Below are positions 12,701-24,700 of a stretch of DNA of 64,000 bases, piece after piece. The notes below the pieces were generated by a model. The model searched no databases. It was given only the letters and a program-made list of their open reading frames with translations, and had not been told where the DNA came from. Source of the DNA: Antedon mediterranea (taxonomy: Eukaryota > Animalia > Echinodermata); the NCBI RefSeq assembly GCF_964355755.1, contig NC_092677.1, positions 23,423,175 to 23,487,174 on the forward strand, written 5' to 3'. Position 1 is the stretch's first letter; each line of letters starts with the position of its first letter. Both the position numbers and the translations under genes were made by a program.

Positions 12701-15700
12701 TGCTGATTTCAAATGCCTAATGGCACCCGAGCTCTGTATACAGCACCTGATATTCCCTGATGGTTTCCCATCCAAGCTCTAACCAGGCCCAACAGTGTTT
12801 AACTTCGGGTGATCTGACGAGAACCGGTGTTTCAACGTGGTAAACCCATAATCTGTCATAAGCGTCCTTTGTGCAACAAGAACCTGTTCAGTTGTCTTCG
12901 GTGTCAACCGAAGTGCACCTCAAAAACTGTCACAACTAATGTCTCCCAGCTATTAACAACCCTCACTGTACTTCAACAACATCAAAACCACTCATTTATG
13001 CCCGATTCATTAGACATGTAATAAAAATATTTTCTCACTTCTGAAAAGGTTTAGGATAAGAAACTAGACAGGTTAATTAGTTTGTTTTGTAGATAGGCCC
13101 ACGCATATTCAGCCATTTATTATGTAACACACCAACAATCATCCAGTGGTGTATCGCAGAAGCATGAAGCCTTGGTTTATGAACCCTAAGTGGCCCTCCA
13201 ACGCTGGAAGCCTCAGTTTTTTTAGCCTTTTTCGGCATATTTTAATGCCTGTTTTTTCTCTGGACACTGCTCAGGGCCCCTATAAGCTCCGGGGTCCCTG
13301 GGTTTAGCCAGTGAAAGCTTATAGATGGTAGACCACCGCAATACCCTATACTATACTTTTAACCGGCATCATATTCTCATTATTCATTGCTGCTCCTACC
13401 AAAACTAATGCAAGGGCCTGTTTCTGACTTCAAAGAGCCACTTATTTGAAGAAAAAAAAGAATAAAATCTCATTTCTGCTAAATATATACATTACCAGAT
13501 ATAAAACTGTTTTTGATAATTGTCTTCATTAATTTCTTTTCTTATAATTAAAATTTAGTTTGGGATATTGAATGTATTTTTGCTTATGTTTTTAATCGCA
13601 TGTTTGAGAAATAGATATACAGTATACATATTGCCATATATAAAACTGTTTACACTCATGTCTGAAGAGGATACTTAAGTTAGTACTTTCAAGTTCATAT
13701 TATAAATATGAGTATTGGCTTCTCCATGAGAAAAACACAAAGATTAAGATTTAACAGGATCTGCTTCTGCTGTCACATGTCCAAGGCTATTCTGATACCA
13801 AATATAGCACACCAATATAATGCCTACTGTAAGCCTCAAAAGCCTTAGTTTAAGGCCTGGCCAAAAAATAAATATGTAATAATATATATATTATATTATA
13901 ATATATAATCAAATATATTATAATATATATATATGTATAAACACAGTAGGCAAAGAACATTAATTCTAATAATATATATATATACATAGGAAAAAGTTCT
14001 TATTAAATTGCAGATCCAAATAGTTTATCTAATTGAAAAAATAGGGTATTGTATACAACTTCCTGATGACTCACTTCAATTAAGCCCTGTGATATAACTG
14101 TGTCACTTATGTTTTATATTTCGCCTGATGAGTGTGGCCAGCTAGATGCTGGTCATACGAAACAGATTTGTAGCGATTAAAACAATGAATTAAGTAACCA
14201 AGTTTTCTGCTGTTATTTTATTTATTTATGCTCTACCTTGGTATCGAGCACTCTATCCTAACGGTCTGATACTTTCAACCTGAATATGAAGAAATTATTC
14301 CAATTTTATCCTAAAACTATAGAAAATAAAAATTTAACCAATCCACTCAAATGACTTCATGTTCAATAAAAACAATTAAATATATACGATACAACCATCT
14401 TATTTTTATACATTTAATTCAAAACTATTTAAAGTTTTTTTTTTGGAATTGAAAGCTAATTAAACTTTTGAAGCTTTTTCATCATTAATTAGTTTATCAT
14501 TTTGCATGGAAATTTTCTACGGAAAATATAAAAGATGAAGAGTTGCTCTCTCTTAATCTAAAAGACTAAAGATTCAGGGCATCATCTTTTCACTTGCATA
14601 TTTTGTTATCTTTCTTGCTTACACATAACTATCTACTTCAGCATACCAAACGCAGCAATTTACAGTCTCGATCCCATTAAAAATGTATATTAAATATATT
14701 GGCTGATTATTTGAGTCAAATGGAGATGACAACAATATTATTGTGTACATTGTCAATAGTGCTTGACGCATTAGACCACTTAAACAGGTTTAGTGAGCTC
14801 TCAAGTGGTCACATGACTAGCAACCAGACATCTACCATTGTCTGTTGATATCATCTTAGTTACCTTCAACCATGTCTATTAAAAGTATTAGAATCTTCTA
14901 AAGTATATAACAACTATTACAATTTTGACAGTATAACTAGAATAGAAACATTTTCAATTTCAAAAAAAAAGATTGGGGACACACCTTATCAGATTCTTTT
15001 CATCACATGGAATAAGTTCAGTAACGATGTGAAAACACTGGTAGGTCTGTCCATGGCAGTGATAAAATCACTGGAGTCGGGCAAAATATTGGCAAAGGGT
15101 AATGAGACTCAACCATAGTTCTGGATGTCCAGTGTACATATCTGGCTTGTGTGCACTTTAAAGAACCGGCCGATCAACATTCGGTTAGAAGTTAATAATA
15201 CATTACAGATCCTCTTTTGTCATTCATTACATTATCTTCACTGAAAATTGCGATTCTTAAACCTTAAAACTAGCAATACACTTTTCAACACGTTTTAAAA
15301 GTAGATTTGCCTATATAATAAACTGAAAATATTTACTAACAAAAGGAAAAACTTTTCTTTTTACAACAATTGTTGTAGGAACAACCTAACTTTATATACA
15401 ACCCGTTATACTCTACAATACTGACCATGCAACTCAAACAATAATTTACCCATTTAAAAATGGAACAATCCTATGATACCATAGACATATTGACAGCCAT
15501 AATTATCTTGATTAATTTATGCATAAACCAATTGTAGCCTGTAAGGTAGCATCTATTACAATCACTTAATCACTATGGTAATAATTGATCAATTATCAAT
15601 AATAAATATAGACAGTATGATTAACAAAAAAGGGTGTTCCTCACGAACTTCAACCAGTAGTTATCTGTTTATTTCAACAGAGCAAGATAAAGTAAATTGT

Positions 15701-18700
15701 AGGTTGGGGTTAGACCAACATTTTTGGTGTGCCCAAACCAATGACTGTTGAATACCCCAAAACTGATGGATATGAGGATATTTGGCAAATGCAAGCAGAG
15801 GAAATCTCTTTCCGCCAAAGAGAAAAATTATTATAACGCCATATTATTATAAAATAATAATTTTTTTCTTTGGCGGAAATCAGCCACCGTACTTTCTACT
15901 TACTGTAAAGTTTTACAGGCAGCAGCACTAATGCATTTTTCGAATAATATTCAGTGGTTGAAAATTAATTGTGGTAGTAGATACATCCAGGGCTGTAGTT
16001 ACTAGTAAAGTTGGTAGGCCTGTTTCAACCCACTTCTTGACAGAAGTCTTTAACAACCCTGTGGCCCGGACAGGGTATTGTTCCCTCATTTTTGTGACCA
16101 CTTTAATTCTCATGGCTATGGCACTGTTATCGCATACACACAGTATCACATTTTCATGTACTGCACATTTTTTTTTGCAACACAGTGCAATATCAACACA
16201 GCCATAGGCTGTTAAAAAAGGCGGAAAATCAAATTTACTAGTACACTGTAGTATAAAACAACAGTTACTACTACTGTTATATTCATACTCCTTCAGTTGA
16301 ATTATTGATGGCAAATTAATGATTGCACTTCCCTTTGAAATACATCAATCCTTAATGAGCAAGTAATCAAGGCAACATAACACAGCATTGTATGGGTCAT
16401 AAATTATTCATGTTCACATTGTATGTTAGACAATGTCGATATACAGTTCATCAAACAGATGTTTCGTTCGATGTGCGATGATCAAATTTACACTGTTTTA
16501 ATTCTGAAAAACAGAGATCAGTAGCTATTCGATTAATGGAGATATCATTCAATTCAATTCAATTCAAAGTAACATTTATTTTTTTCAAATTAAAACAGTA
16601 TACAAAATGTTTAGAAATTATACTAGACAGTAAGAAAAAGTTAGTTTGGGGCTTCAATATTGAATACTGTATCAAAACGTGGCAGGCTGAAGGCGCTTGA
16701 CCTTTGACAAGATCGCCTAAATTTTTAATATATTAACTTTACAATACTTAGTGTTGTATATTCTGGTACAGCCGCTCCATAATCTCTTTGCTTTTCTTCC
16801 TTATATCTATATTTTTAATTTATACTAACAAATATCTTTTTATTAATATAATAATAATATATCAAAAATTTATTAAATAATATTTATGGCATAATATGCA
16901 ATCTACGATAATTTAATTAATTGATATAACAAATTTATTAAATACATAACATCATTTGAATAAAAAGAACAAATCACATATCTACACATAATCATAACAT
17001 CGTATACTCTATCTCTAACAATTTATTCAATCTTCTATCGACTAAAGCCGAAGTATAGTCGTTATCTCGGGACCGTTCTATGGCCACCACCAGGTAGGCT
17101 TACTTCATCAAAGCTTCTATGAATGGATTTACTGGTTGGGAGCAGAAAAACTAGTAGACCAGACCCAGTACCGTTTTGATTACGATCAATCGGGAAATTA
17201 CCTCACGATGTATATGAATGCACTTCTTGGGAACTGGTGATAGGTATACAGATTTAATACTATAAATATTTCATCTGAAATGATTTATGACTGAATTTTA
17301 ATTATGTATGTTTACAACAGTTTCCATAACAACATAGCATTTCTAATAAACCCATAGAACAAAACACCAATGCAATTCATCAATCAATCATTCTTTACCT
17401 ATGGATTGTAAATTGCATTCCTTTGTTAACACTCAACAAGCAGATTTGAGATTTTCTAATAATAAAAGTGAATAAGAAGATAAGAAAATTGTGTTGCTAC
17501 ATGCTAATACTTTTATTTTACAGTTATTGAATATTATAACACCTAATCAAATTCATGTGGCATGGTGTGCAATAGTACGTACTATTTAACAATCATGTTA
17601 TAGTAATTTTAAGGAAGCACAGCGTGATGGAATTTCTCCTTCACATCAACAAGATCAGAACAATGGCAATGGCAAGAGCATATTTAAATGTTATGAAACA
17701 ACTAAATTAATGTTTTTATATTCATGCGATGGTACAAATAATTTCATGAAGTGAAATATAAATACATAAACATTCCTTATTTGTATGCTGATCATACCAA
17801 CTTAAAACGACATTACATTTTTTAGATCAATAATTGATTTTGTACTATTCCTTCTTCACACTGAACTTCAAAATTCTAATTTCAACCAAGTAAATTTACC
17901 AACGAAAACCAGTAAATGTTACCATTGTTCGCATAATTATTGGTTAGTTTTATCATGGTCTGATCAAAATTTAACATTAAAAACAAAGAGCAAGAAGAAA
18001 GTTGCAACCTCTGCCAGGATTAAAAAGAGAAAAAGGATCAGGAATTGGGATAAAGATCCGTCTTGCAGAATTAGGATCCTGGTCTGGATTGGCCCCGAAA
18101 TAGAGTCGTCCTTGATAATATATCTATTTGTGGTTTAAATTTGGTAAGGATCAGTCAGTCTTTGTAGTTTTGACATATGGCCTAAAATTAGTAAAAAATG
18201 GGATGGAAAAGATTCTCTCCATTTCAATGAATACAAAACATTTAATTTGTTTTATGTCAAAGATAAAAATGCAGCAACTTAAATACTTCTTTAGAAGATT
18301 AATTTATTATTATGAATTGTTGAAATACAAAAAGAAAGACGTGACTAATTATGATTCAAGTCATGCCAAAGGTTGTAAATTCTATTAATATGTTTGTATA
18401 AAGTGATTGGCTTCAATAACAAAAAGTCAAATATCCACCATTGTCATGTACTTGATGTTGATTGGTATTCAAAAGACTGAACAGCTAACAAATTACATTA
18501 CAAAGATGTTGTACTGTAAGCATCCTCATGGTCAAACATGATAAAGAATAGCTATCATGACAATAAGAAATATTCTACTTCTGTGCTGTTAGCAATTTCT
18601 TTTCAATTATATGTGGCATGTTTACAAACCACAATTAATGGTTCATAATTTTAGTTTAACACATCACCAATACAGTGTATAACGTAATCAGATAGCGATA

Positions 18701-21700
18701 GGCCAATTTGAAGATCTATTGACTAATGTAAAAAAAACGGTATGGCCATATTTTCAAAGCCAACAACCATGGTACAACTTCAGGAGGCAGAAGAAAGGCA
18801 GACAAAGAATAAAATTGGATATAGACTGAGATGTTGGCACATAACTAAAACTTGTGGAGGGAACTTAAGTTCAATTGCAAAGCAACTCAGTCACAGGACC
18901 AGTAATAGTAACAGGTACAGACAGAATAGGCTAACCCATTCAGTGATGTAGTCACAAGAAGTAAAGTGGGGCATTTTTCACAAGAAAATGAGAGAACATT
19001 CTTTGATCAAGCCACTAAATTGTCAAAGGCCTCCATGAAAAAGTAGTCCGGTTGAAACCTTACTAACTATGACCAATGTCATTGCTGATTGATTTGACAT
19101 TTTATTGCAATCACAATATTATATTTCATTACGCATGCAGCATCTAAGATCAATTTAAGATGATACAGAAATCGCGATCAATGTATACTTAACATGTTTT
19201 TCACTAGATGGTTTTCTTTCCAGGTACCTACAGTTAGTAATATAGCCAGTCAGTGGAATGACGACGGCCGATAGCTATTCTTATAAATCTAACTCTGCTA
19301 CTAATGTTTGTTTTTAATCATTTTAATCAATAATTAATCAATATCATTTTTCCTATACTCGTTATTAATTTTTCCATCTTTTGTATGTTTGATATTGTAT
19401 ATTTCTGTGTTTTTTATGCCTATATTTATATTTCAATATTTTTTAGGTATCCTAAATGTTTTGCTGTTGGTTGTGGTTGAAATAAAGTAAACCTAAAACT
19501 GACTGCAGCCTTTATTAAATCTGATAGCTGACAGGCATGTTTTTGGACTACCTGCAATTACTGTAGCAACCAAAGATAACGAAAACGAGTACATTTTCAT
19601 TTTTTTTAGAAATAAAAAACTTGTTTGGCATTTTGAACTGCATGTGATTTGACTGCTTAGGCCTAGCATAAATAAATTAATTGCTCCTGGTTATTTATGT
19701 ACTTTTATTTAACTTGCCGAAAAATATAATTATTATTAAAGATATACAGTAGGCCTACTGTTACTGTAAAAAGAGGTAAATTATTTTATAAATGCTTTAC
19801 TCTATAGAACTTATGCTTCAGAAATGAATGTTAAGTAAATCTGAAATTAAGCAATAATTAACCACAAGCATATAATGTTAATGCATTTAGTGTTTAAGAT
19901 TTCTATTTACATTTGCATATATCTGCAACTTAGCAACTGGCACGAAGCATCCTGTGAAACACAATTGAGAAATAAGATCAATAAACAAGAATATTAATAT
20001 AGACAATGAGAGCAAACACGACCTGTGAGGGCTCGGCAACGATATATCGTAGTTTGCTTAGTCCCACTGTCAATAATACTTGATGTCATTAAACAATGTT
20101 GATTAAATGTAACCAAATACCAAATCAACTGTAGAAAAAGCCCGGGTAAACTAATATGAATTCAAAATGTTAAATAAGACTGAAGGACAAGTACATTCAC
20201 CTGACTACAATCAAATATTATATACTATAGAATTGATGTACAAAATATTGATTGAACATTGATCTTTATTGTTAAAAAAAAATTACTCTGTTCACACTCA
20301 TGGAATTATGGTTTCTAATCCAGAGTTTTTCGGAACTAGAGATACTGTAGATGCAATGTGTTACGTCTGGCTGGATGAAAAGGGCTACCTGTACATTTAT
20401 AGATGTTGTGCCGCACAATAATTAAAAAGATGAAGGTGTTAGCAAAATTACCAGGTACAATTACTTTGGCTACATTCAGTGTTTGTTGAAGGCATGGTGA
20501 AGAGAAAACAGGGTTACATCAGGTGATTAAAATCAGTACCGAAAGTACCAACCAACTATATATACCATCGAGTAAACATTCTAGAAGTAACACGTGATTC
20601 ACCGAATTTTTCCCTTATGTAATATATATAAATTTATATATAGATAACAAAACTAAGTAAATACCTGTTATTTTACTTCATTGAATAATTGAAACTATTC
20701 ATGTCAATATTTGCACCTGGCCAATTGATTCAGCGTTTACCACACTTTAACAATCTTTTTGACACATTTCTGTTAATTGATGTATGTGCAAATTTTAATG
20801 TTATTCATGGAATGCCAGACTAGCAACAGTTCAGGTGTTAATAAAAATGCTTAGATAGCTACCGTAAAACCTCGAAAAGAAGCCCATGGGCTTAAACCTA
20901 AAAAAGAAGTCCACCTCGAAAAGAAGCCCCCCTCTACCCTTTGCAAAAGCACTCTCGAAAAGAAGCCCATCTCGAAATGAGGCCCCCTGGGCTTCTTTTC
21001 AAGATAGTATGGGCTTCTTTTTGAGATAGACTATACTATATTAAGAATGTAGGTTTATTAACTGAATGTCAATGGAACAGAAACAAACAATACAAACAGA
21101 GTTACTGTAGTAGGATAATTCAATGCCAGATACTTGTGATGTGTGATAACCTCGATGATTATGTGATGGATGGGTAAGATGCGCAAGCGATAGGCGAATT
21201 CTTATAACAAAGTGGGTTGGCAATGCCTGGTCCATGATGAACACAAAACCATCGCTGCAAATTCGGTCGTTCAGAAAGTGTGGGATAAATTAGCCCTTGA
21301 TGGTTCTCTGAAAACAAAGAAGTAAACGTCGAAGGGTTGGTTGGATATGAGATGCCATCATCGACAGACGACACTCTTGAATATTCCATTGTGATGACGA
21401 CGATGATAACGCAATGATTGTATTTGACGGTGAATAGGACTGTTTTTTTTTGTTGCTTTTTATATTGTTTTTTAATTGGTATATTAAACATAATTTCATG
21501 GTTGAAAAAATGTCTCAAAAGAAATATTATTGTAGTAGAAATTCACAAAATTTATGAGCATTCATTTCAAAAAGAAGCCCCCCTCTACAGTTTGCAAAAG
21601 TACTCTCGAAAAGAAGCTCATCTCGAAAAGAAGCCCATCTCAAAAAGAAGCCCACCCAAGAGCACTAAAAAAAGAAGCCCACGGGCTTCTTTTCGAGGTT

Positions 21701-24700
21701 TTACGGTATTTTTTTAGCCAATCTTAATTAATTGTACTAGGCCTCCACAAAACAATGGGTACGAGGCGCTAGTCTCTCAGGCCATAGTGCTTAAACAGTA
21801 CAGTGTGCTCACATTTTCCCCTTTTTTTTCAGGATAATCCTGTACAAGCCTAATATGTATTATGCATAAATCATATATAGTTCTCATAGTAATACTAATA
21901 GATTTCATAGCAACTGCAATAGATTTCATAGCAACTATATAATTATGTGTTACAAATATAGAAACATTTCCACTTTATAATGCACAGGTGTTGTGCTAAC
22001 GAAGAATAGTAATTCACCACCTACTGTGACAGAATTATTGTTATGAAGACTTATCATAAAGGCATGAACATTGGTTACCATGGTGATATCTTTATGATTT
22101 TTGTGTTTATGCTTCATCATAAAGAAAGTAGCAATTCAAAACAAAGTAGAATAAATTACTGATAATGTACTGAGAATTAGCAACTCATGTCTGTTCAACG
22201 ATCGTTTTCATAAGTTTATTAAATGACAATTTAAGGATGGCAATACCATGTTTTAAAGATGCATTGTCCCTCAAAATCATGAAAATAAAATTGATAAAAT
22301 CAGACTTTTGAATAGGCCATTTTGCAGTTTTAATTTTCTATGGAAAAAAACCGAACAAATAAACAGTTAAATTTAACCAAAAACCATTGTCTGACAATTT
22401 AACTATTTTTGGCATTAAATTAAAGTTTTTTTCAGGTAAATAACTGTTTTAGTGATTAAATATTTGATGAAAATGAATAACTGTATGGTGAAATTAAAAT
22501 GAAATATTTAACAAAATATAATAATTTAATTGAATTATAATTAATTAAATGAAATAAATAATAATAAAAAAATAAATTTTAACAAAATCCGCATTACCAA
22601 TAATTTTGTTATACTGATATTCTGTGATAAAGTTTGGTTAATTTAAATTCATAAATAATGTATGCAGTAAATATATTTAAAAAAATCAATATAATTTGCA
22701 TATTAATTAAAGGATTAAATATATTATATTGTTGCCATGGATATATTGTAGACAAATTGTAGGCAAATATTTGTTTTTTATCAGCTGCATGTTAAAACTA
22801 TACCAACTTAACTTTACCATAGAAAGACTCCATTGAATTTTGGAAGTCACAATTAATACTTTAATATCTAAACACGATTTTATAAAATCATGCTTTTAAT
22901 TAGTTATAAGAAAATTGCACATATAAAACGCATATGTTTAAATTAATATTTTACTGTAGACGTTTCAGACAATTTTATTTAGGCTTTCATAAATTCCCAT
23001 GGACGTGCATTACACAAGGAACGTAAAAGTGTTTTGCCATGATCCGGATTCAGATTCCAAATCCTTTCTCACTTTTTGAGCCTTAAAAATTCATAAATGG
23101 GTAGGCTCAATCTGAAGTGCAAATGCTAGGTAATTTTGAACAGATTCCTGTTACTTGGATGTCATTCTAAAAATATAATGTATTTATATCACTTACCAAT
23201 ATGAATAATCAAATGTAAACTGTAAAGAAAAAAACATAAAAGTTAAAAACTTTTAAATTTATCATTCATTTACATAACTTTATTTTGAAACGGATACAAA
23301 ACTTGATTCAGCATCAAATTGATGTTTTTGACAAGGTAGTTTGGTTTATCAGTTTTGAAAGAGAAGGCGGCTACATCGGTGTACTGGTCCATCTTAGCCC
23401 CTGTAGTGGACAGACGAAAGAGCACTGTCTGGTGAAAGCTATAGGTTGTCAGGGGAACCTTGGGGGAGAAGAAAGTTGTTGCATCCACAACTGTGCGCAG
23501 TTAATTCCAGTAGGTATAGGCGCAGGTTATTTCTCCACATTCACATTCACTTGTGTTATTAATGGGTGTGTTTTTTTAACTAAGCTAACTCCGTGATCAG
23601 ATTTTGAACTTTGAAAGAGAAAATTAAATCATTTACTTACTGATTTCGGATCTTCCTCTGAAAAAAAAAATTAAATCAGGTTAATTTCTGTTTTGTGTTA
23701 GGAGAACATTTCACCGTCATTGACATTATGTTGACATAGCACAACAATGAGAGACATTAATTTTGATGAGAAGGTCATGGAACACTAATTAATTTTAAAA
23801 CAACTAAAAACCTGAGACCTGTAACCCTTGGTAGGGACCCTGACGGGTACTCTCCCTCCGGGTGAAAGGGATTCCGAAACTCATCGGTGGGCAGGGGCGC
23901 TCATCTTCCTGTTCAGGACTATTCCTGATGATTACCCAACCTATTTATTTATTTGATGTAAATAGCAAATTAATATCTATTAAAAACTTGTGATCTCCTT
24001 GCACCCACACATTCAGGCATGTTTGTTTGTAAAATGTACTGCCATGTCATAGAACAAAACCACAAACAAATATGACATAGCAGATGATAACCCTTTAAGC
24101 TGCAATGCTTGTTTCAGAAGGGGTCCTCTACAAAACATCGGGATTTGTTTGGTACAAATTTACAGCTCCGGATCCAGTAAAACGTTTTTTAATCGTGATG
24201 TAGAGGTTGATATTTATTAAAATATTGCATCCTAAAATGATGCAAATATGTCATTGCTTGTAGTGTTTTTTTTATACCTTTGTTCTTAGTACAGTACAAA
24301 ATACAGTTTTACACTGAATGTGTTATCCAATTAATTCTGTTTTATAAGTAACAATACCAATTATCACCCATTAGTAATTGACTAAGGCAGATTCAGAAGG
24401 AGTACGATTACCCTTCTCCATTTTTGTCTATCTAAAAACTAGTACATGCTTGCCATGACTAATTTAGTTATGTATTAAACTTTTCATACAATAGTCTGCA
24501 AGCCACTGACATATCCAGTGCATACAGCAGAATAGGCCACTCTTTTCCATGCGTGTTTAATCTGTATTAATTTAACGTTGAAGCAAACAAACTTAAACAA
24601 AATACATACTTGGAGTTTCTGGATTTTGAATTTTTGTCAAGGCGCCATCCATAGAAATGATCAATTTAGCTCCTCTTTCTTTTTCTCTGTAAATTATAAA

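Noticed and set aside
12740-12845. Functional 5S rRNA gene
   Set aside because: Multiple substitutions and indels, a decayed 5' end, and no adjacent poly-T terminator or tandem array.
15928-16314. 128-aa ORF as a nested gene in the kinesin intron
   Set aside because: No recognisable domain or partner exons.
23830-23895. Hammerhead-like motif (ctgacgg...gggattccgaaactcatc)
   Set aside because: The core is mutated and stem II is not convincingly paired.
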